Source: Cyanophyceae cyanobacterium
GTDB taxonomy: Bacteria > Cyanobacteriota > Cyanobacteriia > Cyanobacteriales > Laspinemataceae
Direction: 5' to 3'
Assembly: GCA_038321985.1 (NCBI GenBank)
Contig: JBBQFN010000002.1
Location: 128,001 to 192,000 of the forward strand
Length of the DNA stretch: 64,000 nucleotides
Positions 51,584-62,504 of the stretch are shown here, in pieces. A program made the position numbers and the translations under genes. The notes beneath the pieces were generated by a model, which saw only the letters and a program-made list of their open reading frames with translations, was not told the DNA's origin and ran no database searches. Every line of letters starts with the position of its first letter. The first letter of the stretch is position 1.

Positions 51584-52729
51584 TTAGGCTTTTTTATGCT
51601 TATTAGCCGACCGATAAAAGGGTTTTTTAACCACCGTTCCCGGATAAGTTTTCCCCCTAATTTCTACTTCGATTTGTTGACCGGCTTTAGTCAGTTCTAG
51701 AGGTAAATAAGCCATGGCGATCGCCTTTTCCAAAGTAGGAGACCAACTCCCACTGGTCACTTCTCCCACCCCTTGACCCTGGGATACCACGGGATAACCA
51801 TGACGAGCAATATAACGTCCCTGCATTTCTATTCCCACCAATCGCCGTTTAACCCCTGTTTCCTTCTGTTTTTCTAAGACTTCCCTACCAATAAAATCCT
51901 CTTTCGTATCCAGATGTACCAGCCAACCGAGTCCCGCTTCTAAAGGGGTCGTAGTTTGGTCAATATCTTGACCATAAAGCGCCATTGCAGCTTCTAAACG
52001 TAGGGTATCACGACAACCCAGACCACAGGGAATCACCCCGGCATCTAACAGCGATCGCCACAACATGACTCCGGTTTCTGGATTTACCATCACCTCATAT
52101 CCATCTTCTCCCGTATATCCTGTACGTGCTAAAAACCCATTCCCACCGCATACCGACCCTTGCAAATGTCCGAATGGTTTCACCAAAGATAGATCCACCT
52201 CCACAAACTGTTGAAGTTTTTGCACCGCCTCCGCACCCTGAACCGCGAGTAATACCTTCTGTTTGGATAAATCCTGCAATTCTACATCTGACCCTGAAAG
52301 TTGCGCCAGTAACCAGGCTTTATCTTCTGCACAAGTGGCGGCATTAACGATAACCTGAGCAAAATGCCTTCCTACCTCATCCAGTCCTTGATCATAAAAA
52401 ATAATGTCATCCAGGATGCCGCCATTAGCATTAAGGAGAACTGTATATTGACCCTCACCCGGTTGTAAGCGAGACAGATCCGAGGGGACTAATCCTTGCA
52501 TTTTCGTCAGCAAATCTTTCCCACACAGGGAAAACATCCCCATGTGGGAGATATCGAACATTCCGGAAGCGGTTCGGACTGCTTGATGTTCGGGGTTAAT
52601 TCCCGAAAACTGCACCGGCATTTCCCATCCGGAGAACGTAGTCATCCTGGCATTAAGGGCGATCGCCTCTTCATAGAGGGGAGTTCGCCCGAGAGGTTGT
52701 ACTGTCTCATTTGCTACTTTCGGTGTCAC
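51584..52729 (-). CDS. gcvT: Glycine cleavage system T protein
   Basis: RTPLY, GWEMPVQF, FDISHMG, RTGYTGEDG, GCRDTLRLEA. Confidence 0.97.
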   Translation of the reverse strand: MTPKVANETVQPLGRTPLYEEAIALNARMTTFSGWEMPVQFSGINPEHQAVRTASGMFDISHMGMFSLCGKDLLTKMQGLVPSDLSRLQPGEGQYTVLLNANGGILDDIIFYDQGLDEVGRHFAQVIVNAATCAEDKAWLLAQLSGSDVELQDLSKQKVLLAVQGAEAVQKLQQFVEVDLSLVKPFGHLQGSVCGGNGFLARTGYTGEDGYEVMVNPETGVMLWRSLLDAGVIPCGLGCRDTLRLEAAMALYGQDIDQTTTPLEAGLGWLVHLDTKEDFIGREVLEKQKETGVKRRLVGIEMQGRYIARHGYPVVSQGQGVGEVTSGSWSPTLEKAIAMAYLPLELTKAGQQIEVEIRGKTYPGTVVKKPFYRSANKHKKA

Positions 52730-52903
52730 TGATGAAGACCTCCAAATGGGTTAAATAGTTACTATCTTAGGGGAAATTGGGTAACGCTTTATAAGTATCG
52801 TAACATCAACAGCCAATACGGTTTTGTTTCGCGGTTTGTTTTATCTATTACTCTGCCCTCCTGCCGCAAGCAATCCCTGCCTACAAACTACTCTCTATCC
52901 ATC

Positions 52904-52946
52904 ACTGAGCGCAAAAGTGAGCAGGAGACTGAGCGCAAAAGTGAGC
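52904..52946 (+). promoter_or_regulatory. Exact 19-bp direct repeat upstream of the VIT gene
   Basis: ACTGAGCGCAAAAGTGAGC at 52904-52922 and 52928-52946. Confidence 0.6.
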
Positions 52947-53004
52947 CAGTTTTTCTAGGGGATGAGCTTATGCTGAAGACAACATAGAAATAGAGGTTAA
53001 TTTT

Positions 53005-55548
53005 ATGACTCAAATGCTCGATCGCCAACCGGCTGGTTTATATGTTCAAACTTCCGACTCTCCGCAAATTGCTTTTCCTCTAAAACATACGGAAGTCATT
53101 GCCCAAGTTGCCGGAAATCTCTCTCGGGTAGAAGTGATTCAAACCTTTGAAAATCCCTTTTCCACTACTTTAGAAGCGGTTTACGTTTTTCCGCTACCGG
53201 ATGAAGCTGCTGTTGATGAAATGTTAATTAAAATGGGCGATCGCACGATAAAAGGTTACATCAAACAACGGGAAGAGGCTCAACAAATTTATGAACAAGC
53301 CAAGCACCAGGGACGCACTGCCGGACTCTTAGAACAGCAACGGGATAATATTTTTACTCAATCTTTGGCAAATATCCAACCCGGTGAGCAAATTGAGGTA
53401 ATTATTCGCTATTCAGCGAGCCTGCAATTTGAGGGGGGAAATTATGAGTTTGTGTTTCCAATGGTGGTAGGTCCCCGCTATATTCCCGGCACTCCTATTG
53501 GAGACAATGCGGTAGGTTCGGGTTCGGCACCAGGACCGATGTCTCTGAATCAAGATACGGATTTAGTGCCAGATGCTTCTCAATTAAATGCTCCCATTTT
53601 GCCGGCGGGGACTCGTTCGGGTCATGATATTAAGGTGACGGTAGAAATTGAGGCGGGGGTGGAAATTAAAGCAGTGAGATCGCCTTCTCATCAACTCCAA
53701 ATTTCCTATCAGGGAGAACGGGTTCGAGTTGTTTTATCTGCTAGTGATACTATCCCCAACAAAGACTTTATTCTCCGCTATCAAGTAGCGGGAGAAACGA
53801 CTCAATCCACCCTGCTAACCCAAGCCGATGACAAAGGCGGGCATTTTGCTCTATATCTCATTCCCGCCATCAATTATGCTGCCGAACAAGTTGTCCCCAA
53901 AGATATGGTATTTTTGATAGACACTTCTGGTTCTCAAATGGGTCATCCGTTGGGCCAATGTCAAGAACTAATGCGCCGGTTTATCCAAGGAATTAACCGG
54001 AATGACACCTTTAGTATTATCGATTTTTCTAATACGACTCAACAGCTTTCTCCGGTTCCTCTCCCGAATACCCCCCAAAATCAAGCCCGGGCTATTTCTT
54101 ATATCAATCAGTTGACTGCTGGAGGGGGAACAGAAATGTTACGCGGCATTCAAGCGGTGTTAAATTTTCCCGTAACTGATCCGGGACGGTTGCGGAGTAT
54201 AGTTCTCTTAACTGATGGATATATCGGTAATGAATCTCAAATTTTGGCGGAGGTGCAGCGCCATTTACAACCGGGTAACCGTCTCTATAGTTTTGGTGCG
54301 GGAAGTTCAGTCAATCGGTTTTTACTTAATCGAATTGCGGAACTCGGACGGGGGATTTCTCGGGTGATTCGTTATGATGAAGCACCGGATGAGGCGGTAG
54401 AACAGTTCTTTCGGCAAATTAATAATCCGGTCTTGGCAAATATTCAGGTAACCTGGGAAGGTGAGGGAGAGTCTCCCCTAATTTATCCCGCGATCGCACC
54501 GGATTTATTTGCAGAACAACCCCTAGTCTTATTTGGATGTAAACCGGATGCTGCTGCCGGGACATTACATCTGTCGGGAATCGCTGCGGGAGGTACTCCC
54601 TATCAGCAACGGTTTGAGGTAAATTTTGAGCGCGGGGGAAATCCGGCAGTCGCCCAATTGTGGGGACGGTCCCGTATTAAAAACTTGATGAATCGGATGG
54701 TAAGTGGGGAAACTAAGTCCGGAGTCGAGGCAGTAACGGAAACGGCGATCGCCTATCAATTACTCTCCCACTATACGGCGTTTGTTGCCGTTAGCGATGA
54801 GGTACGAGTAAATAGTCCTGAGACATCGATTTCGGTGCAAGTGCCGGTGGAAATGCCCGAAGGAATGAGCTATCAGGGCATTTTTGGCTCGATGGGTACA
54901 GTTGTACAGGCATCTCCCCCAGAGTTGAAGGGTCAGATGTCTCGTCAGCGTCGGATGGCATCGAGTGCCCCCTTAGAAGTCGATTTTGTTCAGGAACGCT
55001 TAGAGTCCCAACCTCCCACACCCCCATCGTTTCCATCCCTTGCAAAGCCCTCCATACCCTCAATGCCGCAACAGTTTTTGAAAAAGGTGCGATCGCTGAT
55101 TCCGGGACAATCTCCTGCAACAGCAGGGAATAATGTTCCTGATGCTGAGGAAGAACTACCAGGGGTAAGTTTCGATGAGTCAAAACTGGATGTCATCCCT
55201 CAATTTGAGACAGCGCCAGAATCCGGAGCACTACAGTTGAACGCGCCAGCACCGGCAATGTCGTCATTGGGGTTAGAGGTTGTGAGGGTGACGGGATTAG
55301 AACCCGAGGAGATCGCCTTGCTGACACAACATCTGCAATCGGTGCAGCTTCCCCCGGGGTTGAGTGGGGAACTCCTGTGGGAGTTGCTAATCACTCAAGG
55401 ACGAGTAAAACGGGTGATTCTGGATGAGGATCAGTCTTCTGTAGAAAATCAAGAACTTGTAGAGGCCATCCGGCGATCGCTCTTGACTTGGCGATCGCAG
55501 CTTTCCCTATCTACTACCGTACTGCTCAGGGTGCGGATTTCCTCCTAA
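53005..55548 (+). CDS. VIT + vWA domain protein with C-terminal extension
   Basis: LEAVYVFPLPDEAAV, FPMVVGPRYIP, MIDAS DTSGS...GGTE...LLTDG, LLSHYTAFVAV. Confidence 0.93.
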   Translation: MTQMLDRQPAGLYVQTSDSPQIAFPLKHTEVIAQVAGNLSRVEVIQTFENPFSTTLEAVYVFPLPDEAAVDEMLIKMGDRTIKGYIKQREEAQQIYEQAKHQGRTAGLLEQQRDNIFTQSLANIQPGEQIEVIIRYSASLQFEGGNYEFVFPMVVGPRYIPGTPIGDNAVGSGSAPGPMSLNQDTDLVPDASQLNAPILPAGTRSGHDIKVTVEIEAGVEIKAVRSPSHQLQISYQGERVRVVLSASDTIPNKDFILRYQVAGETTQSTLLTQADDKGGHFALYLIPAINYAAEQVVPKDMVFLIDTSGSQMGHPLGQCQELMRRFIQGINRNDTFSIIDFSNTTQQLSPVPLPNTPQNQARAISYINQLTAGGGTEMLRGIQAVLNFPVTDPGRLRSIVLLTDGYIGNESQILAEVQRHLQPGNRLYSFGAGSSVNRFLLNRIAELGRGISRVIRYDEAPDEAVEQFFRQINNPVLANIQVTWEGEGESPLIYPAIAPDLFAEQPLVLFGCKPDAAAGTLHLSGIAAGGTPYQQRFEVNFERGGNPAVAQLWGRSRIKNLMNRMVSGETKSGVEAVTETAIAYQLLSHYTAFVAVSDEVRVNSPETSISVQVPVEMPEGMSYQGIFGSMGTVVQASPPELKGQMSRQRRMASSAPLEVDFVQERLESQPPTPPSFPSLAKPSIPSMPQQFLKKVRSLIPGQSPATAGNNVPDAEEELPGVSFDESKLDVIPQFETAPESGALQLNAPAPAMSSLGLEVVRVTGLEPEEIALLTQHLQSVQLPPGLSGELLWELLITQGRVKRVILDEDQSSVENQELVEAIRRSLLTWRSQLSLSTTVLLRVRISS

Positions 55549-55588
55549 ATCGTTTCAGTGCCTTTAGGTCCTACCCAGAACCCCGGCT

Positions 55589-55616
55589 GTAGAGACGCGA
55601 AATCTCGTGTCTCTAC
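55589..55616. repeat. GTAG-type REP-like palindrome
   Basis: GTAGAGACGCGAAATCTCGTGTCTCTAC. Confidence 0.75.
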
Positions 55617-56382
55617 TCTACCTCGGTTGGAAAACCACTGAAACCCTTTACCTGTCCAAGTTTTTACTGGATATGACACCCTAGAAAGAAAACTTTACAA
55701 TTAATTTTGTTTTTTCTGCCACTAGAGCCTATTCAAAACTAAAGTACCGTGCTATCTTTATTAAACCGCTTTTCCATTAAGCCAAAGGCGGTTGACAGAG
55801 GATGCTGTAGCTCAAACTTCAAACCCTCCCCGGTGGGATGAACTGAAGTCAGTCGATAGCCTGTCCAAAGTCGGACTGGAGAGTAAGAAAAATTTGCCTG
55901 TACTCAGGTGGCAGCGGCGATCGCTCTCCTGACACTACAGTGCTTGAGTCTTAGAAACAGACCATTGGCTGAAATCTCTGGTAAACATCCATCCCCGTTG
56001 GTTTCGGTGGGAATGGACAGATCGATTGATTGGACTCAGAGAAAGAAAACCCGAGAAATCTTCAGCTTAAACTTTTGAGTTGAGTCTCGCCGTTAACCGC
56101 ATCAAAGAGTATTTACCAATTCCGAGAAGTTCCAGACCTCTTTCGTCGGGCACAGGTAGGGGAAAAAGGGTACAGTTTGCACTACCCGAAAAACCCACAA
56201 ACCCAGAAGCCCGAGCAATTGTTGCAGGCTAGACCCTAGAAAGGCCAGTCTTGAGGGAATCAAAATTTGGATAAAAATCACCTTAGACTCTGCTATTTTC
56301 CCTGTCTGGGGGTAGAGGTACTCTGGGGATTGAACCCGAATAATCATAATTAATAACAAAAAAAAGGGTGGAACAAAAAGTC

Positions 56383-56598
56383 ATGAAACTTTATAGCAAT
56401 TACGGACACTTAGTTAAGTTTTTACAAGAAGAGTTGGCCCTTTCGCCCTCTTCAATCGATATGGCGCTGCGTCATGGAGAGCAAAATCTCGGCCCTTTAC
56501 CGATGATCCTGTGGCAGTATGGCTTAGTTTCCCTAGAACAACTCGAACGAATTTTCGACTGGTTGGAGAACCGAACAGCTATGGACGGAAATCTCTAG
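56383..56598 (+). CDS. DUF2949 family protein
   Basis: FLQEELAL...LPMILWQYGLVSLEQLERIFDWLE. Confidence 0.9.
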   Translation: MKLYSNYGHLVKFLQEELALSPSSIDMALRHGEQNLGPLPMILWQYGLVSLEQLERIFDWLENRTAMDGNL

Positions 56599-56727
56599 TC
56601 CGAGGATAAATTAGGATGAGAGTTGAGAGAACTAAGGATGCTCGCATCCAGCTAGCTATTCAGGTTTTAACGGGAACATCATCCCCAGCGATCGCATTTT
56701 TATCCGATTTAAATTTAAAGCTCATTT

Positions 56728-56765
56728 AAGATTTCCGCTTCTGAGTTAGAAACGGAAATCTTTTT
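56728..56765 (+). terminator. Terminator hairpin between convergent genes
   Basis: AAGATTTCCG...CGGAAATCTT plus T-run. Confidence 0.6.
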
Positions 56766-56933
56766 GATGACTGGATGATGCATTTGGGTTCCCGGACGGA
56801 ATAGGGTCCTTAACCCAGAAAGGGCGACTGCCTTGTAAACGAAATATCCCTGACAAAAATTAGAGCAGCCAAGCCGCAATCCTAAAAAAACTTAAATTTT
56901 AACAACAAAGCCGGGACAAGCCTAGGACTGAAA

Positions 56934-57137
56934 CTAGAGAGGCTGTCGCGAAACTTGCTTCTCAAAGCAAGCTTGGGTGTGGTGCAATAACTGTTCTCGA
57001 CTATCGCTAGCAGTTTGAGTCAGCGTCGGGACTAAATTCCGCGCTTGTAAAGTCATGTGAAGCTGTAGGTGTGCCACATACTCACTGATGTCTTCGCGAA
57101 CGGTAGCGGAGTGATGTTGATTCAGATTGTTAGCCAA
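56934..57137 (-). CDS. Small hypothetical protein (67 aa)
   Basis: TTG start with AAGGAG RBS; EYVAHLQLHMTLQARNL. Confidence 0.7.
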   Translation of the reverse strand: MANNLNQHHSATVREDISEYVAHLQLHMTLQARNLVPTLTQTASDSREQLLHHTQACFEKQVSRQPL

Positions 57138-57556
57138 AGTGTTCTCCTTCCCTCAACTTGCGTCAAGTCCAATATCAATAAAAGTTACCATTACTTGCAC
57201 AAAACGTCTACTGTTGCAACAAACCTTAACGTTGGGGACCCGCTTTTGTAGCGATATGTAACGTTTTAATCGTCATCTCTATCACAAGTTGCGTTAGGAT
57301 GAAAAGCCGAATCAAGAGGAACCCAGGGGAAAAGGGGGTGGCTCCTGAAGTCACACTAGGGACCCCTAAAGACGAGAAAGGTGTAAAAATCCTCAGAACT
57401 TGCTAAAACAAAAATAGGTGCAGCTTTCCTAAGACTCAGAAGCTCAGAAAAACTGCCCTAATTTCCAGGTGCTTTACGAGGTAGCTGACAAAGAGCTATT
57501 GCCTGTACCTTATCGCTCCGGAAACCCTCTAAAACAGACTTGTTGGAGCTGATCTC

Positions 57557-60412
57557 ATGTTGTACTCCCCAGAGAATCTCGACCTACTCAAGCTATTTTT
57601 GGAACATACTCCCCAGGCAGTAGCGATGGTCGATCGCCAGATGCGATACCTGTTTACCAGTCGTCAATGGTTGAGAGAGTGCGGTTTCGACGATCACAGC
57701 GATAGGGGAAGTCTCTCCCCATCCGGCGATACCTTGGAAACCCAGGGAGTTAAGGCTCATGCTTCCGGAGGCGAGTCTCTCCTGGGTCAGTCTCATTATG
57801 AAATCTTACCTCGGTTTGGGAAAGCACAATCTGCAACCCAAAGCTCATCCCCAACATCCCCTAGAGACTCCGGCACTTCCCTCGAACTCTGGAAACAGGT
57901 GCAATCGGTTGGTTTGGCAGGGGAGGTAAAATCCTGGGAGGAAGAGGATGCAGCAGCCGGAGACGGCAATCTCCGAGTCCGGTGGCAGGTGCATCCCTGG
58001 AAAACCGAGTCCGGTGAAATAGGGGGGTTACTGTTATTGCGAGACGCAACACCGAAGACCCCGCAAAATGCCGATCGCCTTTCTTCAGTCAGTCCCCAAC
58101 TATCGAGCAATTCCCATCGGCGATCGCGATCGGACGAAGGCGATCTGCGTCGCCAAAGTCACATTCTCGTTGAACTCGCACGCAGCAAAACTCAGGACAG
58201 CGGAAACCTGGAAGCGGCGATCGCAGAAATTACCGAAGCTGCTGCCAATACCTTAGCGGTAGAAAGAGTAGGAGTCTGGTTATACGATAACAACCGGACC
58301 CAGATTACCTGTATCAATCTCTACGAACGCACTCAGCGCCAGCATTCTTCCGGCAGTCTGTTACTCACTCATCCCTATTCTCAATATTTCCAAGCCTTAG
58401 AAGCCGAACGCGCTATCTCCGTCGATCACGCACTCACCGATCCTAGAACCAGAGACTTAGCCGATACCTACCTCATCCCCCTTAACATTACTTCCAAATT
58501 AGATGCACCGATTCGCATTGGCGGTAAAATTGCCGGGATAGTCTGCTGTGAACATATCGGCACCCCGCGCCGATGGAAATTAGGCGAACGCAACTTTGCC
58601 GCTTCCATCGCCGATTATACCGCCTTAGCCTTAGAAACCCACGATCGCATCAAAACTCAAACTGAACTGGAATCCGCTAACGACCAACTCCAAGCCGTTT
58701 TAGATGCCGTTCCCGGTAGTATTTCCTGGTTTAGCTCCGATCTCGTCTATTTGGGAGTTAATGGATATTTAGCCAAAACTTTTAACGCCAATCCTGAAAC
58801 CTTTCTCGGTAAAAAAATTGGCTTTTTACAAGGGTCTCCTAAATTTAATCACTTAGTCCCGGAGTTTTTTAATAATCCGGCAAAAGAAACACAGCAGGAA
58901 ATCGAAATGACCGTTCGCGGAGTCAATCGTCACTTTCTCGTTGTCTCTCACAAGTATCAACAGGGACAGGCGGCAGTATTTATCGGATTTGATATCACCG
59001 CTCGCAAAGCAGCCGAAGCCGCACTCCAAAAAGCCAATGAAGAATTAGAAACCCGAGTCAGTGCACGGACCAAAGACTTAACTCAGGCGATCGACCAATT
59101 GCAATCCGAAATTTACAACCGAACCCTCCTGGAAGAAACCCGCGACGTCTTAGAATTTTCTATCAATAATGCAGCGGATTCCGTCTTTTGGCTGACTCCC
59201 GATGGCCGATTTTTCTACGTCAACGATGCGGCTTGCATCACGTTGAGCTACTCCCGGAAGGAACTTCTTTCCCTGAGTGTTCATGATATTAACCCGGATT
59301 TACCCGCAGAAGTTTGGCCGGAATACTGGGAGGAAATTAAAGAATTTGGCTCAGTCCGCCTCGAATGCCATCATCGCACCAAGGATCAGCATAGTTTTCC
59401 AGTAGAAATTACGATTAATTATTTTCAAATTAAGGGTAAAGAATACAACTGTATTTTTGCTCGGGATATTACCGAAACGAAACGAGTTGAAGCGGAGCTA
59501 CAAAAAGCAAAAATTACCGCAGAAGCCGCTAATTTGGCAAAAAGTGCATTTTTCGCCAATATGAGCCATGAACTACGGACGCCATTAACCACTATCATCA
59601 GCTATAGTGACTTATTGCAAGAAGATGCCAAAGAATTAGGGGTGAGCAATCGAGACTTTTTTGGGGATTTGCAGAATATTAATAAAGCGGGGAAAGATTT
59701 GTTAGTGGCGATCGATGATATTTTGGATTATTCTAAGATTGAATTGGGTCGCATGGAATTGGAGGTAGAGTGTTTCGAGATTGCCGAGGCGATCGCCCTC
59801 ATCATGGCGCAGATCGAATACAAGTTAGTGACCAATAACAACAGCTTGTCCATGGGAGGGGATGCAGAATGGGGGACCATTTGCAGCGATCGCCCTAAAC
59901 TAGAACAAGTCTTGTGGCACTTATTAGATAATGCCAGCAAGTTTACCCAAAACGGGGCGATCGTCTTGGAAATAACCCGAGAAGATACTCCAGATTTCCG
60001 GGTTTTAAATGCCGCCTCCAAGTATAAAAAACCTGAACTCGAAACCGCTGAGCAATGGATAGTATTTCGAGTCCGAGACAACGGCATTGGCATCACCCCA
60101 GAACAAATGCAGCAGCTATTTGAGCCATTTAGTCAAATCCATAACTCCGAGATCCATCATGCCGCTGGCACAGGATTAGGATTAGCCGTGGCACGTAGCT
60201 TATGTCAACTAATGGGAGGGGATTTATTCGTAGAAAGTAACTCCGGAGAGGGTTCTACTTTCACCGTTTATCTCCCCGCCAATCTGGCTATTATTTCCCG
60301 AGATACGAAGGCGATCGCACCCCCAACCACCACAAATTTTCCTGAATTGCTTCCCCTAGAAGATGAGAATCAGTGGCCTGAAGGAGAAGGATGGGTATTT
60401 GACGATGAGTAA
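57557..60412 (+). CDS. Sensor histidine kinase (PAS-GAF-PAS-PAS-HisKA-HATPase)
   Basis: GAF (LDAPIR..G...GIVCCEH), PAC DITARK/DITETK, MSHELRTPL, NASKFT, GTGLGLAV. Confidence 0.94.
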   Translation: MLYSPENLDLLKLFLEHTPQAVAMVDRQMRYLFTSRQWLRECGFDDHSDRGSLSPSGDTLETQGVKAHASGGESLLGQSHYEILPRFGKAQSATQSSSPTSPRDSGTSLELWKQVQSVGLAGEVKSWEEEDAAAGDGNLRVRWQVHPWKTESGEIGGLLLLRDATPKTPQNADRLSSVSPQLSSNSHRRSRSDEGDLRRQSHILVELARSKTQDSGNLEAAIAEITEAAANTLAVERVGVWLYDNNRTQITCINLYERTQRQHSSGSLLLTHPYSQYFQALEAERAISVDHALTDPRTRDLADTYLIPLNITSKLDAPIRIGGKIAGIVCCEHIGTPRRWKLGERNFAASIADYTALALETHDRIKTQTELESANDQLQAVLDAVPGSISWFSSDLVYLGVNGYLAKTFNANPETFLGKKIGFLQGSPKFNHLVPEFFNNPAKETQQEIEMTVRGVNRHFLVVSHKYQQGQAAVFIGFDITARKAAEAALQKANEELETRVSARTKDLTQAIDQLQSEIYNRTLLEETRDVLEFSINNAADSVFWLTPDGRFFYVNDAACITLSYSRKELLSLSVHDINPDLPAEVWPEYWEEIKEFGSVRLECHHRTKDQHSFPVEITINYFQIKGKEYNCIFARDITETKRVEAELQKAKITAEAANLAKSAFFANMSHELRTPLTTIISYSDLLQEDAKELGVSNRDFFGDLQNINKAGKDLLVAIDDILDYSKIELGRMELEVECFEIAEAIALIMAQIEYKLVTNNNSLSMGGDAEWGTICSDRPKLEQVLWHLLDNASKFTQNGAIVLEITREDTPDFRVLNAASKYKKPELETAEQWIVFRVRDNGIGITPEQMQQLFEPFSQIHNSEIHHAAGTGLGLAVARSLCQLMGGDLFVESNSGEGSTFTVYLPANLAIISRDTKAIAPPTTTNFPELLPLEDENQWPEGEGWVFDDE

Positions 60413-60436
60413 TTTCAAACCGCCTTCATGACTGGT

Positions 60437-60502
60437 GTAGGGTGCGTCAGACCATTAAATTAATGGAATTAGCAATCTCGTAGGACTGTGACGCACCTTT
60501 AC
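60437..60502. repeat. GTAG-type inverted repeat element
   Basis: GTAGGGTGCGTCA...TGACGCACCTTTAC between convergent genes. Confidence 0.6.
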
Positions 60503-60610
60503 CATCTCATCCAGCACAGAAAGCTATGAGGAATATCAGGGGTAAACCCTACGGCATAGCCAACCCTTTACCTACTCCCCACAAAATGTACCTCCTAACA
60601 GGGGGAACCG

Positions 60611-61390
60611 TTATAGATATCGAGTAAGCTGAATGCGATAACGTTCTTTTTTTGTAACCTGGACTTCTCCAACTTCCAAACGTCCTTTCCCCCGAATGGC
60701 AATTAAATCGTTAGGTTTTACTTGGTAACTGGTTTGAGAGATATCTTTCCAGTTGACGCGGACATCGCCGCTATTAATTAAATCCGCCATTTTGCTGCGA
60801 GACATCCCAAATCCGGCGGAGGCGATCGCATCTAAGCGCATGGATGCCTCTACCGTAGTTAACTCTTTCTTTTTGGGTTCACGAATCTTTAACTCCCCCA
60901 AATCAATGCGCTGAGTTTTCACCGGCACCGATCGCACCTGGGTTAAACTCATTTCAAAAAATTCTACCAGATCCGGCGAGACGATCGCCTGTGCACCCCG
61001 TTCTCCCAGCACAATAATATCCCCGATTTTTTCGCGGACAATGCCGGTAGCAAGGATGGACCCTAAAAAGTCGCGATGAGTGGCGGAATCAAACAAAAAA
61101 TTACCGGCGATTTCTAACGCGGCTAAAGGAACATTAGCAGCCTCTAACGGCAAATCGGAACGGGCGATCGCCACCCGTTGTCGTTCCGCTTGGGGGTATC
61201 CCCCGGAGGCTACCAAATGAACCTCAGTTAGGCGATTAAACGCCGTCTGGGTTTCCACCAGTTCGATCGGGGAGAGAAAATCCGTCACCGCCACTTCCCA
61301 TGTCTTAATGGCGCGATCGGCAAGGTCGAGGGTGCGAGCCATTTGCTCGCGATTTTCAACTCCTTTTAACAATTCTTCCCTTGGCAGCAT
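60611..61390 (-). CDS. Photosystem II S4 domain protein (YlmH/Sll1252 family)
   Basis: TDFLSP, GGYPQAERQR, HRDFLG, S4 motif RLDAIASAGFGMSRSK. Confidence 0.93.
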   Translation of the reverse strand: MLPREELLKGVENREQMARTLDLADRAIKTWEVAVTDFLSPIELVETQTAFNRLTEVHLVASGGYPQAERQRVAIARSDLPLEAANVPLAALEIAGNFLFDSATHRDFLGSILATGIVREKIGDIIVLGERGAQAIVSPDLVEFFEMSLTQVRSVPVKTQRIDLGELKIREPKKKELTTVEASMRLDAIASAGFGMSRSKMADLINSGDVRVNWKDISQTSYQVKPNDLIAIRGKGRLEVGEVQVTKKERYRIQLTRYL

Positions 61391-61675
61391 TCTGGCAATA
61401 ATTCTTTCTTAACAGTAGGGTTTATTTTATCCTTTAGACCCCAAGGGTGACTGGGGAGGTTGAGTAATTTCCCTGGGTATCCTTATTTTAAGCCTTCCCA
61501 TCCTTGATCACCCTAGACGGAGGAATGCTCCTTAAATCTGACTCACCCAGAGCGATCGCACAAGTTCAGTGCCAAAATATTCTTCCTAGGGTGAACCCAA
61601 TCTTGTCCTACCTACGTTACATATTAGAGATGGCTCTTTTTTTCCCCTCAACTAGGGTTGGAGTTTTCAAAATGT

Positions 61676-62281
61676 ATGAACAGTGAAGTCATCCCACAAA
61701 TCCTCGCCTTATTCGATCGCATTGACGAAGAAACTTCGGCATTTCAAGCCGAAACGGGATTAAACTGTCCCCCGGGATGCGGCAAGTGCTGCGAAAATCC
61801 AGATATTGAGACAACAGTCCTAGAAATGATGCCTTTAGCAGTCGAATTATGGCGCACGGGAGAAGCAGTAGCTTATTTAGAACGCCTTGCTACCCTGAAC
61901 GAGTCCCAATCTTGTCTATTTTATCGCCCGGATCCGTTTGTACCTGGAAATGGTCGTTGTAGTGTGTATCTGTGGCGACCAACCCTCTGCCGATTATTTG
62001 CGTTTGCGACGGTGAAGAATAAGCAGGGGGAACCGGAATTGGCTGCTTGTGTGCGGCAAAAGCAGACGATTCCGGAACCAGTAGAAGCAGCAAAAACGGC
62101 GATCGCCTCGGGGATGAGTGCTCCTAATTTTGGAGAAATTGCCACCGAAGTTGCTAATATCGAACCCTCTTTAGGTAGCGAGTTCTTCCCAATTAATCAA
62201 GCATTAGAACGCGCGTTACAACGAGTCGGTCTATTTGCTCACTTGAGTTTTGGAGAGCAGAATAGCGACTCCGTAGCTTAA
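61676..62281 (+). CDS. YkgJ family cysteine-cluster protein
   Basis: CPPGCGKCC, CLFY...GRCSVY..RPTLCRLF. Confidence 0.88.
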   Translation: MNSEVIPQILALFDRIDEETSAFQAETGLNCPPGCGKCCENPDIETTVLEMMPLAVELWRTGEAVAYLERLATLNESQSCLFYRPDPFVPGNGRCSVYLWRPTLCRLFAFATVKNKQGEPELAACVRQKQTIPEPVEAAKTAIASGMSAPNFGEIATEVANIEPSLGSEFFPINQALERALQRVGLFAHLSFGEQNSDSVA

Positions 62282-62308
62282 AACTATCTATTGCCGATAG
62301 GCAGTTCA

Positions 62309-62471
62309 GAAATGACTGAATTCGTGAGACAAAACCCGAAAGAAATCACTAATTTAGTAGTTTCGCGTTTGTAGTAACAAGTTCAGTCGTTTCGCGATTT
62401 CCGGATTTACCAATCTCTACAACCAGTAACTTAGTAGCTTTTCCTTTTATAGTAACGACTTCAGGCATTTC
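62309..62471. repeat. Cluster of degenerate TAGTAACGACTT-family REP-like copies
   Basis: Copies at about 62309 (inverted), 62367 and 62450. Confidence 0.6.
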
Positions 62472-62504
62472 TGAATTTACAAATTTCTAAAAATCATCTT
62501 ATTT

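Noticed and set aside
52730..53004. Glycine riboswitch upstream of gcvT
   Set aside because: Conserved GGAGA/CCGAAG/CTCAGG elements were not found in the right arrangement.
56325..56335. GGGGATTGAAC, resembling a CRISPR repeat 3' end
   Set aside because: Single short match with no partner repeat.
55740..56340. Possible structured RNA upstream of DUF2949
   Set aside because: Some local hairpins, but no recognisable ncRNA family or clear boundaries.
57248..57261. NtcA box GTA-N8-TAA
   Set aside because: One mismatch to GTA-N8-TAC and no supporting evidence; too weak to call.
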